This document shows positions 13,699-27,181 of a stretch of 64,000 nt of DNA, piece after piece. The stretch's first letter is position 1. Each line of letters begins with the position of its first letter. The notes under the pieces are model-generated. The model saw nothing but the letters and a program-made list of their open reading frames with translations. It searched no databases and was not told the origin of the DNA. The position numbers and the translations under genes were made by a program. This stretch comes from Octopus vulgaris (taxonomy: Eukaryota): positions 100,006,001-100,070,000 of the forward strand of contig OX597819.1 of NCBI GenBank assembly GCA_951406725.2, written 5' to 3'.

Positions 13699-14557
13699 CA
13701 TACGTATATAAATCTATACGCATGCTCATTATATGTATATGTATGTATGTATATATGTTGTACTCAAGGTAGAATATTTCATGGTACAACAGACGTCCTG
13801 TTTCTGGATCCTTCTGTTGATAATTGCCTGCCACATATTGTCATTCACTTATTTATATACTCAAATATCACTTGCTCTTTCTAACCAGATTTCTTTGTGC
13901 AATTCTCTTGAACACTTTAATGATTTTTTTTACGTATGTTTATCATCGGTTTTTCTCTTCTCATCACATTATTTTGTTGTTTTATATTATTCTTTTGTCA
14001 TTTTTTTTTGTTTTTGTTTTTGTAGTCTTTCATAGTATTTCTTTCTTTCGTTCATTTATTATTTATGTTTATCCTATCTCTATATTCTTCAGAATCCCTT
14101 TCTGCTTTTGCTTACCCTCTATCCTTCTGTAGTGTAGAAATCTACTTACCCTATTTATTCATCTCTATATAAACAGTCGCTCACATGCATACGAATCTAT
14201 ATGCCCAATATATACGCGCATATACATCTGTGCCTCCAATACTCACTTAAGGACGCATATAAACGGAGAAAAAGAGAGGAAATGTGAGAGAGGTCGTGAA
14301 GATACAGGAACACTTATGTACATGTGTTTGGGCTGTATATCTATGTATGTATGTATGTATGTATGCATACCTACACACACACACACACACACACAGATAT
14401 ATATATATATATGCACATAGTCAACAGTCCCTGCAGCGGTGTGTTAAATGCTTGATGGTATGTCGTTTACCATATGTCTTTGTAACTTGTATTCATGCAC
14501 ATAGATATACACATACACACGCACATATAACGCACATGCAACCTAATACATACACAA

Positions 14558-14620
<63 letters not shown>

Positions 14621-15595
14621 TATGTATACGTACGCATATACATACGCCTATATATACATACATACATACATACATACATACATACATACACACATACATA
14701 CATACATACATACATACATGCATGCATGCATACATACATACATACATACATACATACATACATACATACATACATACATACATGCATCTATAATGCACAG
14801 ACACATATTCAATACATACTCATTATACGGGAAATACGAATGTAAACACTTTCCTTGATGTGCGGGTAAAGAGTGAAGAGTTATCTATTGGACCGTTTCA
14901 TGGTTTGTTAACTACTCTTCAGAGAAACCTATCTGTGGTTTCTAATGCTTGTCTATCACTCTAGCTTTGCCAAAAGTTTAACTTACAGGAACATAAACTT
15001 TACACAGGCTTGGTGTAACAGCGAAACACAACTCGAGAACGGACACACACCTACACATATAAGTGCATATTAGCGAGTTAGTGATGGCCGGTTACGGGTA
15101 TGTTTCGCTGGCCATTAGATATTCCAGGTGTAACTTAGAAATCTCCAACACAAAAGAACTGCGCGCTAAGACAGGAGACGAAACTTTGTTTCTGGAAATA
15201 TAACTCAGTAATTACCCTTCCATTCGTGTGCGCGCGTATTGTGTGTGTGTGGTGTAAGTAATCGCGTATGAGTATGGACTTGTGTATGTGTATATTCGTA
15301 TATACTACACTCCTATTGTTTTCATGCTTCCTACTATATCTCCGGTATTCATGAACAGTTCATATTTCTCTTTACTTTCAAATACTAAAATCGGTTGAAA
15401 CATATTTAACCATTTTCGAATGTCTTGGAAAATATTTATACTTATCTAGAATTTGATGGTCTAATAGAATTAATTCCATTGTCTCCTATAGAATAACCAT
15501 AGCTTTGTGAGTGTGAGAGTATTTTTTATTGTGCAGAATATATATATACATTTATATATATACATACATATATATATATATGTATATGTAAATAT

Positions 15596-15677
<82 letters not shown>

Positions 15678-16425
15678 TATATATATATCTGTTATTACCT
15701 AACTGAGAGGCTTTAAAACATAGTTATCAGTTTCTCCAATTAGAATTGAGATTTTTAGCTGTCGATGTTTACATTCTCTATGCCATTGAATTATAGTTAA
15801 TCTTTAGATAAACTGACAAAAGATTTTTGTCCATTTGCTATTCATAACACATTCTTCACATTAATGTCTTTAATTCTTATTAATATCTTAATTCTTCTTC
15901 GTTAAACTCTTAATTCTTACGTTTTTTTTTTTTTTTATTATTTTTCTCCTTAATCGACCGGTTAGCATCCTCGTTTAAAACTTATCATTGTCAATGTTGT
16001 TTCATAATCCAGCAGAACAAAAATATATGTTTACCTGCCGATATCTGCGTGTAGTTACAGGAAAACTTACATGTCACAAGCGAATCCTACAGCAGAATCA
16101 CTGACGATTTCAGCAAGGGAGGAGCAAAATTGTTCAAATTGCTAGAAATACTAGCCAAACCTACTTGGGAAAGACAACCACAAACGACAATGATGCAGTC
16201 CTACAATATTATAACAATGATAGTAGGAATATTCTTATAGAAGATAACGATGACGACAATGAGAGCTATGATGGCGACGGCGACGATCGCGAAAACAACA
16301 ATGACAATCACGCTGAGGGTGGCGATAATTATGATGGTTATGATGATGAGTATAAAAAGGAGAGTGTAGAGGAGGAGGATGAGAATGATGATGATAATGA
16401 CAATTTTTTTTAAATATTTAAAAAA

Positions 16426-16585
16426 AGGAGTGGCTGTGTTGTAAGTAGCTTGCTTACGAACTACTTGGTTCCGGGTTCAGTCCCACTGCGTGGCACCCTG
16501 ATCAAGTGTCTTCTACTATAGCCTCGGGTCGACCAAAACCTTGTGAGTGGATTTGGTAGATGGAAACTGAAAGAAGCCTGTCGTA

Positions 16586-16648
<63 letters not shown>

Positions 16649-16872
16649 GTGAGTATATGTTTGGTGTGTCTGTGTTTGTCCCCCCAACATCGCTTGACAA
16701 CCGATGCTGGTGTGTTTACGTCCCCGTAACTTAGCAGTTCGGCAAAAGAGACCGATAGAATAAGTACTAAACTTACAAAAAATAAGTCCTGGGGTCGATT
16801 TGCTCGACTAAAGGCGATACTCCAGTATGGCCACAGTCAAATGACTGAAACAGGTAAAAGAGTAAAGAGTTA
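16426..16872 (+). mobile_element. SINE family A, near full length
   Basis: A box TGGCTGTGTTG, B box GGTTCAGTCCC, internal (TA)n, and tail ...CAGTCAAATGACTGAAACAGGTAAAAGAGTAAAGAG. Confidence 0.92.
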
Positions 16873-16892
16873 CATATATAAGGGTGAAGTAA

Positions 16893-16972
16893 TCCTCCTC
16901 CTCCTCCTCCTACTACTACTACTGCTACAACTACTACTACGACTACTACTACAACTACTACTGCTGCTGCTG

Positions 16973-17025
<53 letters not shown>
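16893..17025. repeat. (CCT)n/(ACT)n/(GCT)n trinucleotide microsatellite
   Basis: Directly visible. Confidence 0.95.
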
Positions 17026-17026
<1 letters not shown>

Positions 17027-17200
17027 GGCCTTGAAATTTTGGGGAGGAAGATGACAGATTACAATGACATCAGCGTTCAACTGGTGTGTATTTCATCGAT
17101 ATCGACAAAAAGGATAAAAGGTGAAGTCGACTTCAGCAGAATTTGAACTCAGAAATGCTGCTAAGCCTGGCGTGGTGAAAATTCTGCTAGCCCTCCGACT
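17026..17200 (-). mobile_element. Degenerate SINE family B (B2-type tail)
   Basis: AAAGGTGAAGTCGACTTCAGCAGAATTTGAACTCAGAA matches the reverse complement of the family B B-box region. Confidence 0.7.
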
Positions 17201-17213
17201 TCTGATAATAATA

Positions 17214-17460
17214 ATTCAGAGAAATACATAAGAAAATTACCATGACTTACAAGTATATATAACACAGAAAATAGCACTACTTGGCACCGCACACAACCTG
17301 CGTAAAACACTTTCAATACAGTGGAAATTAGAGCACCACAACAGACCACAGCACATACCAAAAGCACACAGAGCTGCGCTTGGCAGTGCAGTGAAACACG
17401 TGGTAAATATAAGACTAGTGAATAATAACAACAACAACAACAACAACAACAACAATAATT
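17214..17460 (+). mobile_element. R4/Dong-clade LINE 3' end
   Basis: QKIALLGTAHNLRKTLS (R4/Dong C-terminal QK.ALLGTA.ILR..L), a short 3' UTR and an (AAT/AAC)n tail. Confidence 0.8.
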
Positions 17461-17490
17461 ATTATTATTGTTGTTGCTGTTGTTGTTGTT

Positions 17491-19001
17491 GCATTTGCTG
17501 TGAAACACATCGGACGCGTTTTCGAACGCTCCACGTAAGTTCGTTTTGAAAATATTTATTTACACTAAGTTTGGGGTCTTTTTGCAATAATTATTTTATT
17601 CCAGGTTGTAAATAGAAGCATCAAGAACCTATACTGATTTTTTTATGGTTGCACAGCCCCCCAGAGGGGCGATTTTCGGCCATCAAATAAATTCGGTGGA
17701 CGTCAAAATTTAATGAAGTCAATACAACTGAACAAGATGGCGGAACGCGTCTTGAAAAATTTGAGGAAAGACAAAACAAACCCTCGTTCTAATATAGTAA
17801 TGGATGAAGCCTTCCCTCCCCTTCGCTCTGTTACGGGCAACAATACGGAGGAAGGGGAGGAGGAGATGAACAAGACTGACATGGTACAAAGTACAACGAA
17901 AAGTAACAATAGTAGCAGAAACACTAACAGAGGTAGAAATGACTACAGCAACAGCCGCAGCACTAGTATTAGTGAGAGCAGCAACAATCACGAAAAAGAA
18001 AGCAATAGCAGCGGCAGTAGCAATAGCAACAACAATAACAACAAGAGCAAAAGTGACAACAGCAACAACAACAAAACCAATACCAGCAACATCGATAAGG
18101 ACAACAACAACGACAGCAGCAGCAGCAGCAGCAGCGCCATCAGTGATAACAACAAAAACAACAACGAAAACAATGCAAATAAAAATATCAAAATTAGTTT
18201 TGTAACGGCAGCAGCCAAGACCAAGCACCTATATACCGTAGACCTCACAAATAGGGAGCAGATGCACCCAGCAGCATGGAAGCTAATTAAACAAGAGAAC
18301 AATTGGGCAACTCTCATGAATCCATCAGAGGCAATTGAAGCAATGGAGAGCGGCTTTGATAGTCCAAGGAGATATTGAGACGGTACTGAGGTGCATAACA
18401 AATGACATCGAATTCATGACGAGGGGCAAGCAGTACGGCGCCATTTAGGAGCTGTTTAAATCAGAATCCCTGCTGTGAAACATTCAAGGGCCCCCTGCAA
18501 AATCAGCAAAGTCATCTTGTACCCCTCCCACACGGGGAAACGTACAGCCCGGTCTCGCATTCTTAAAATCCCCCCACGACTAGATATTTGGTGGCTTCTG
18601 AGATACGTAATTGTGGAGGGACGGATACTATCCCTATAGAGGCGACAAGAACTACCAAGGAGGAATGGTCAGAGGTTAACCTGGAGATACTTCTCCAGAT
18701 CAGACCCGAAAACATAAAAATATCCCAGACTACATCCGTTTCCAGAACGGAACGGTGATACATATCATGACTGTGGACAAAAGGCCTCATTGTTTCAGGT
18801 GTGGAGAAACGACTCATTTGACTGCTCGCTGCCGCCTACGACCTCCACGGCTGCCTACGCCGGGACGAGAACCACAAACACCACCAGCACCGGCAAAACC
18901 ACCAGCAACAACACCAAAGACATTAATCACCCCAGAGGGAAACAAGTAAAGCCCTCCCACCCACTCACACCAAACAAAAATACACACATAAACAAGATTA
19001 T

Positions 19002-19044
<43 letters not shown>

Positions 19045-20980
19045 TACAGCATCAGACTCTTCATCTTCCAGTAGTGAAGATGAAGGAAAATCGAAAGGGT
19101 CACAAACAAAAAAGAAAAACTTCACAAAACCTAACAGCACCCACAATAAAAAATACAAACACCACCCACGCAAACATCTCCCACAAAACACCAACACAGA
19201 CACAACCTACACAATGTCTATCACCAGTATCCCCCAAATGCAAACAAACCTAAACAGGAACAGACACTTACACAAACATATAAAACTGCAGACACCGATC
19301 TTCCGATCGGTGCGTCGAGGGTGCCCTCTGTCCTCCCTTCTGTACATATTGACTCTTGAGCCTTTACTGCGGAAACTGGAGCTGCTGTAGGGCATTCTGT
19401 TCGAACTGGAACGCAGGTGAGCTGTGTTGGCGTATGTGGACATCACCGAAATGGTGTCGGACACCTCAGAAATCGAGGTGGTCGGCACATCATTGGAGGA
19501 ATATGAAAACTTGACGGGAGCAAAACCTAACCTGGAAAAGGCTGTGGGCTTGCAACTCGGCACCTGGAGAGGCAACTCCATGCCGTCCAACTGCGTCGTT
19601 GGACGGACGGACCCGTAAAGTTGCTGGGATTTGGTTCGGACCAGACCTCCAGGTGGATAAGAACTGGGACGAGGTGACAAGCAGGGTAACCAGTCTCACC
19701 TAGAAATGGGCTAGGAGGAAGCTATCACTGAAAGGTCGAGCGGAGGTGGTGAATGTGTGCATCGTGTCCGTCATCTACTACCGCTTGACCGTCGTGCCTT
19801 GTCCCCGATCGTACCTCGCCAATTTAAAACGCCACCTCTTCAAATTCCTGTGGAGGGGACAGGTTCCATTCGTGAGGTGATCAATCTGTTGGCATTATCC
19901 TCTACACGGAGGGCTGGGTATGCCATGGCTGATGATCCGCAGACATGCACTGAGGCTGCGGTATCTTCAGATATTCTGCCTAAACGGTCAACAGGTGTAT
20001 TTGTCAAACAGGCTTTTCCACAGCTCGTTTTCTTGACTAAGCTGCAGTCCTTGATCAAGAAGAGACTGAGGAAGGGTGACTGGCATCTGGAATGTTGCCA
20101 GGCACTCACTGTCCTCTACCAGGCAGGCAATGCGATCAGTGGAACATCCATTCTTGAGTTCTATAGAGTGTTAGTGGAACGATGACGCACTTGGAGAGAC
20201 GCTAGGGGTTGAGGAAATCGAACTAACCAGTCTGTTCAGGACGACTTTCGAGTCGGGGACGATGGACAACTTCCAGAAATCTCTTGCTTGTCAGTGCTGC
20301 TGGTTGGGCACTGCCGGTTCGCGATAAACTCTACAGGCACGGAAGAGCTGCCAGAGATGCGCAGAGCGACGAAACCGTTCCGCACGCACTCGTCCAGTTT
20401 CCTTGCGTTGCTGACCTGTGGAGTTATGTTGAACAGCTGTTATCACGTGTAGGACAGATCTAGCTATCAGCCGAGTCCATCGTGAAGATCGACTCGCCGC
20501 TTTCCATCGGTCCGGAAGGACAGGCAATTTTCTTCTGTTTGATAGCAGTAGCATAAGAGGTTGTTTGGTGGGCCAGGTTGAAAGGACTGAAGACGGACCC
20601 TTTTCTCTTCGGCCAATCACTCGTCAACTTTTTCAGATCCGATTTGGAAAGGAAGATGAGGGTGGAGAGAGAAGTGCTGCCTCCCAGTACATTTGTTAAA
20701 AAGTGGGTGAATGTAGCGAAAATGGCACGTGTGAGTGGACCTACTCTAATAATGCGCCTGTAGGCTAGATATACCCTCAAAGCGTCGAGTAGTTCAGGAT
20801 TGGTGGGGTACATGAGCCAACTCAGGGGAATTTCCATTGTTATAATCATTGTTATAATTTTGTTGGATATCATTGTTATTCTTTTGTGTACTCATTGTTT
20901 CTGTGTAAAATCCTCATAGTCCATGTCTATTGTATCATCCCTTATATGTCGGCCCTAGTGGCTAATAAAGGAAATAATAA
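17491..20980 (+). mobile_element. L1/Tx1-clade LINE with both ends and a large internal deletion (endonuclease and most of RT missing)
   Basis: ORF1 relic with a CCHC knuckle. ORF2 relic from ~19290 has SVRRGCPLSSLLYILTLEPLLRKL, YENLTGAKPNLEK, VKLLGIWFG, WARRKLSLKGRAEVVN, FKFLWRG and GGLGMP. The 3' end is GGCCCTAGTGGCTAATAAAGGAAA. Confidence 0.88.
17737..18949 (+). pseudogene. Tx1-like ORF1 (gag-like, zinc knuckle), disrupted
   Basis: ORF 17713-18378 has an N/S-rich low-complexity stretch and SFVTAAA. A downstream frame has HCFRCGETTHLTARC (C-X2-C-X4-H-X4-C). Confidence 0.75.
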
Positions 20981-21639
20981 TTAGTATTATTGTTGTTGTT
21001 GTTATTATTATTATTATCACGATTTCTTATTTCGGCACAAAGCCAACAACTTTGAGCAAGTGTGTTAGTCGGCTCTCGACACCTGAATATTGAAATGCAA
21101 AATTGATTTCAGCTCAGAATGTGAAGTTCTGTAAAAAAGAAATGCCCTCGGTTTTACAAGCGGAAGTTTCAACCAATGGATAATGCAAGTGTTTTATTTA
21201 AGGAGTTTTCAGGTTTATTCGTGATCCATCCCTGCCTCATTCATTACTGTTGTAAAAGGATTCCGACTACCCCAGTATAATTAAAAGTGGACTGTCATAT
21301 TTGTTATGAATAAAGAATTGCCGAGTTATCAAGAGTTGGTTGGTGAGCATTACAGTTCACTGTCGTAAGCATCACAGTTCACTCTTGAGCCGTGTAACCT
21401 CGTTTAACAAGCCTCATGCATTCGTGTAAATACTTCGTTAAATTATTTATCTACCTTACAAGGATATAAAAGTTACTTAAAAAGGAACTATACATACACC
21501 ATGCTTCACGTATTTAACAGAAGGAAGAAACTTGGGAATGATATGAATTTCATATCTGAAGCAAGGAAACAAAATGCCGATTGATCTAAGAATTACTGGA
21601 AATGCGAAAATCAATTCCGTAAAGCTGGAGTCCACACCA

Positions 21640-22060
21640 TTACACACAATGAAGATTATACCATAATTAAGCACATTCGTGTACTTCGAAACCCAAAGTT
21701 AGCAACACTTTAACGAACCTAAAAGCACAAGCAGCTGCTTCCCAGGAATTTTTCTTTCATTAATTGTGACTGCTTTTGAAAAGTTTAATGAATATGAAAT
21801 GGCTCACATGACTTCCTTTTCGCGTGTATGTTGCAATATAAAGAACTGGTGTCAAGTAAAAGTAAGTGCCCCTCTATTCCCTCAGAGGCAATTTTGTTGT
21901 AAGATACCAGATGAATGCAAGTTCTTTGAAAGTGGCGAACTTTTCTTGCAGTTTGATAGTGGTGAAACTGATGTAGACAGATCACTTGTGTTTGCAAATG
22001 ATAAAGGGCTTCAGGACTTAGTGAATGTAAAACACTGGGCAGATGATAGAACTTTAAAGG
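21640..22060 (+). mobile_element. Mutator-like (MULE) transposase fragment
   Basis: IPDECKFFESGELFLQFDSGETDVDRSLVFANDKGLQDLVNVKHWADDRTLK fits the animal MULE pattern GE.FL.YDSG..D..RILIF.T...L..L.....W..DGTFK. Confidence 0.78.
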
Positions 22061-22484
22061 GTGTAAGTTATAGATAATAGGGGCGGCTTGTGTAAATTAT
22101 AGATAAAAAGGGTGGCTTTTTAGCAACTTTTCCAACCAAAAGGCAAAAATAAATACGTCACTAAAGCGACTCAGGGCGCTATTCAGAACCAGTATTGCTA
22201 GAAACAAGAGTCAAAACACTTTTCCCGTTTATGAAATCAGCGTATGATTTTTACGGTGATCTTATAAGCTGACAAGGCGAGTTGAGTTTAACCCAAGGAT
22301 CCGGTGAGAGCCACTAACGACGTTAATGTAAACGCGAAATCACTGGTAATCTGGATACGCCAGGTGCTTAGGGAGCTTACGTCTCTTGTCAGTAAATAAG
22401 ACGGTGCGTTATGATAGGTATGAGTTGTTCTGACTCTTATTTCTAGCCATACAGGTGCTGAGTTGCGCACTCAGCCGCTTTAGT

Positions 22485-22518
<34 letters not shown>

Positions 22519-24844
22519 GTGTGTGTGTGTGTGCGTGTGTGTATATATATATATATATAATTAGTGTGGGAATATGTATGTATATGTGTGTGTGTATGTA
22601 CGTGCGTGTTTTTGTATGTGTGTATGTATGTATACGTGTGTGTTTGTTAACAACATTTACTTGGATATACATATATATGTGTGCCCACAGATCTACGCGA
22701 ATAAATTTGATTGTATGACTATATATATGCGTGGGGGTGTACATGTGTGTTTGAGTGTATTTGTGTGCATATATTCACTACACACAAACACACACACACG
22801 TATTTATGTATACACACATGCAGATACGTAAAACTCATATACAATATTTCGTATAAAACTTTACAGGCGGTACTGAAGTATATTTAATCAGTGATATATT
22901 CGTGTTCCTCCTGCAGTTCGCTACCAGATGTCACTGGAAACAGAATGATGAAAGAAGATAAAGTAAATTTTCGTAACATACGTAGCTACGTATATAATTG
23001 AAATAATGTTTAGAGCGTAAGGATTGTTCCAGGTGTGCATGTATTGGAGCTGCTTTGTGTAACTTCTACGTCTGTAGTCAAAACTACCACACATCTCAGA
23101 ATTCATGCCAAGCAATCATACGTTAATGTACTACATAACATCAAATTTGGTTGCACTTTATTCTGCAACACCATATAGGCAAACTCTTTATGTCTCTACC
23201 TCTAAAACAGCATACTAAGTAAACATACTAACTCATTATGTAATCTACCACAATTTACTAGCTAATGCTATACAATATTATAGTTCAGGGTTCGACGCTA
23301 TGTTCTGGTGATGGTATTCGAACCAAGGTTACTGCAGCCATTAGTTTTTCAAATTGTTGATATTACCTGCCGGTTGCAACTCTTGACAGATCTGTTACTT
23401 TTTTTCATCAACTGGGTAGAATTTGAACCCTGAGTGCACATAATAAGAATATATAGTGGATTTATGTAGTCCAATATTTTAACAATTTTGTCATCCTACC
23501 GACTTGGGCAGCTCCACATTTTATCTCAACCTGAAGCTATGAAAAACGTAAATTCACCGGTTGAATTGAACTCAGAGTTAAAAACAGTCTTCACAAATAC
23601 TTTTCTTTATTTTCATTTATTTGTTTCGGTCATTTGACTGCGGCCATGCCGGAGCAAGTGAAGTATTCTATCCAATCCACATATGTAATGACTTTGTTAA
23701 TTCGCTGCATACTTCACCGTACAACAATCTCTGTCTAATGCCGTACTGCATCATACATATAACGCTATGCTGTACTCTCGCAAATATTAATATAATAATA
23801 ATGCCACATCATACCGCCTGATGCCCACTGAAGACAATTCAGAATATAGCATTGTGCAAAAACTATTAAAAGAACACACGTTTTGATATCATGCTTCAAT
23901 CACGTCCCGCTCGAAACCAAGCAATATCGCCCGATATCACAAAGCTTTCCACTGATTTCCAGACCAGATCATACTGCATTCAGAGTCTGAAATAACTCCA
24001 CACTACTGCATACTCACAGTGAGATAATTTTGACGAAGTTTTAAATGATAAAGCACGGACGATTTGAAATATTTGCAGATGTACTGTAGTGACCCGTTAA
24101 GTCTACAACAAGGCTAGTACGAACTATTTGGAAAGGTCTATGATAGGGTATAGCTGGTTAGTATGAGTTAGATTGGATGAGATTATAGTTTTAAGTCCCA
24201 TGTTTAAAAAAGAAGACAGTGGGCATTATATAATCTACGTCAAATCATACAATCATAAACCCAGATGTAATTATTATACACATAGACAAAGGCCAATAAA
24301 ATAGTTCACACACACGATCACAAAAATGCATGGCGCACACACTCCAAATTATCTACATACATACATACATACTTATATACATAGATACATACACACATAC
24401 ATACATACACACAGACATACATACATACATACATACATACATACATACATACATACATACATACATACATACATACATGCATGCATACATACATACATAC
24501 ATACATACATACATACATACATACATGCAACATACATACGTACATACATTATATATAGTTTACGGTTCTGTTATAAGAGGGAATACCAAAAATGTACTGA
24601 ATCAGTACACATGTTTAGTTCCATTTGAAAACCAATATGCTGGACTATGAGAAAACACAAGGAAAATTAAACAAGAATGTTGAGGGAAAAAGTGGAAGCA
24701 GAAGACGAAGAATGAATGAAAATGGAAAAAAGAAGGAAAAGAAAAGAAAGACATAATGAAGTTATGTCCTTGTTTGTAGGAAATATAATTTTTTAATGCC
24801 CCGTTGTCTCACACTTACGTTTTTTGCATCAAAACTCTTCCCGT

Positions 24845-25216
24845 TTTACCTTTACTCTTTTACTTGTTTCAGTCATTTGACTGCAGCCATGCTGGAGCAC
24901 CACCTTTAGTCGAGCAAATCGACCCCGGGACTTATTCTTTGTAAGCCCAGTACTTATTCTATCGGTCTCTTTTGCCGAACCGCTAAGTGACGGGGACGTA
25001 AACACACCAGACACACAAGCATACACACACACATATATATATATACATATATATGACGGCCTTCTTTCAGTTTCCGTCTACCAAATCCACTCACAAGGCA
25101 TTGGTCGGTCCGGGGCTATAGCAGAAGACACTTGCCCAAGATGCCACGCAGTGGGACTGAACCCGGAACCATGTGGCTGGTTAGTAAGCTACTTACCACA
25201 CAACCACTCCTTTGCC
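24845..25216 (-). mobile_element. SINE family A
   Basis: Reverse complement of the family A head and tail, with a short internal CA/TA tract and a small internal deletion. Confidence 0.92.
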
Positions 25217-25419
25217 ATGTTTTCTTATATAGCATCGCCCTAGTTTTTAGATAGGACTATCCATAAGTAGTGATACTGAACGATTGCATGGAGACACAAG
25301 GAAAATCATGTAAATCTACCGAGCTACCAAGTTTCCACGACATGAAAGTTTTAGGGCCTCTTATATAAATACTGTGCGTATTAGATGTTATATACATATA
25401 CTCTCATTAATCTATTACA

Positions 25420-25812
25420 CCTTTCAGTCATTTGACTGTGGCCATGCTGGAGTACCGCCTTTAAATCGACCCCTTATTATTTGTAAGCATAATACTTATA
25501 CTATCGGTCTCTTTTGCCGAACCGCTAATATTCGGAAAAATACAAAACATCGGTGGTCAAGCGATGGTGTGTGTGTGTGTGGGGGGGGGGCAAACACAGA
25601 CACAAAGACACACAAACATAATTATATATACATATACATATACTCACATGATGGGTTTCTTCCAGTTTCCGTCTACGAAATCCACTCACAAGGCTTTGGT
25701 CGCCCAGAGGCTACAGTAGATGACACTTCCCCAAGGTACCAAGTAGTGAGACTGAACCCGGAAACATGTTATTGGGAAGCAAGCTTCTTACCTCACAGTC
25801 ACACCTGTGCCT
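25420..25812 (-). mobile_element. SINE family A, diverged
   Basis: TTTCAGTCATTTGACTGTGGCCATGCTGGAG ... AATCCACTCACAAGGCTTTGGTCG ... GAACCCGGAAACATG. Confidence 0.85.
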
Positions 25813-25993
25813 ATACATATACATACATAAAAACTCAGACATACACACACATAATTTTATATAAGCAGAGAAATAGAAAGAGCAAGCGCGATGAGTATGT
25901 TCGTGCACAAACGTGCATGTGTGTGAGTTGGGACACGAGTGAATGCATATTTAAAGTAACAACCTTAAGTTTGCGGTTTGAACGGTATGGTGC

Positions 25994-26073
<80 letters not shown>

Positions 26074-26184
26074 GTCCTTCTGTCTGTCTGAATATGTGTG
26101 CATAATTTCTATGTATATATGCAAGCACATACGCATACATTATGCATACACACACACATATATACATATTTTAATTTCTCTCCC

Positions 26185-26216
<32 letters not shown>

Positions 26217-26256
26217 CACATACACACAAGCATACATGCATACTTGAAGAATATAC

Positions 26257-26295
<39 letters not shown>

Positions 26296-26318
26296 CATAC
26301 ATGCATACTATGTATATA

Positions 26319-26376
<58 letters not shown>

Positions 26377-26739
26377 ATATATATATATGTATGTACTTTC
26401 CAAAAGCTTTAAGAATTTCATACAAGAAGATTTGCATAATGGCTCTGAAGCATTGACCCTCAAAACACATGCCTCAAATTATTCTCTACTTACAAGATAA
26501 AAACTACGTTATCCAGAAACTTCTGTCAAGTTTATTCGTCCCTTTGCCCTCATTATGCTAGAATATGTAACATTTTCCAACGATTCAATATAGATACAGC
26601 TAATAAACTAAGAATAACTCGCTTTCTGTCGCCTGTGTTTTTGCGTCTTTGTGATAAGATATATTATACGATATACGACTTACTTCTCTACGCATGCTCA
26701 CACATACATACACACACACACACACTGTAGGTGTGTATA

Positions 26740-26772
<33 letters not shown>

Positions 26773-26805
26773 GGGTATATATATATATATGTATATATAT
26801 ATATG

Positions 26806-26886
<81 letters not shown>

Positions 26887-26911
26887 GTATATATATATAT
26901 ATACATATGAA

Positions 26912-27139
26912 GGCGTGCTGGCAGAATCGTTAGCACGCCGAGCGAAATGATTAGTGGTATTTCGTCTGCCACTATGTTCTGAGTTCAAATTCCGCCGAGG
27001 TCGACTTTGCCTTTCATCCTTTCGGGGTCGATTAAATAAGTACCAGTTACGCACTGGGGTCGATATAATCGACTTAATCCCTTTGTCTGTCCTTGTTTAT
27101 CCCCTCTATGTTTAACCCCTTGTGGGCAATAAAGAAATA
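26912..27139 (+). mobile_element. tRNA-derived SINE family B (B1 tail)
   Basis: GCTGGCAGAATCGTTAGCACGCC, B box GAGTTCAAATTCC, core GACTTTGCCTTTCATCCTTTCGGGGTCGATTAAATAAGTACCAG, and tail ...CCCCTTGTGGGCAATAAAGAAA. Confidence 0.92.
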
Positions 27140-27181
27140 TATAAATATAGAGAGAGAGATGCATATATATATATATATATA

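Noticed and set aside
14885-14935. Minus-strand CTGAAGA...GAAACGGTC hammerhead-like motif
   Set aside because: Core and GUC site are present, but stem I does not pair and stem II is mismatched; too decayed to call.
16165-16413. Acidic D/E/N-rich 82-aa ORF
   Set aside because: Degenerate (GAT/GAC/AAT)n low-complexity tract with a non-ATG start and no domain or splice support.
22884-22965. Minus-strand terminal exon after a strong polypyrimidine acceptor (TSGSELQEEHEYITD*)
   Set aside because: Only ~16 codons, with no homology or linked upstream exon. Similar isolated splice-like signals near 16060-16165 and 28415-28530 could not be joined into a gene.
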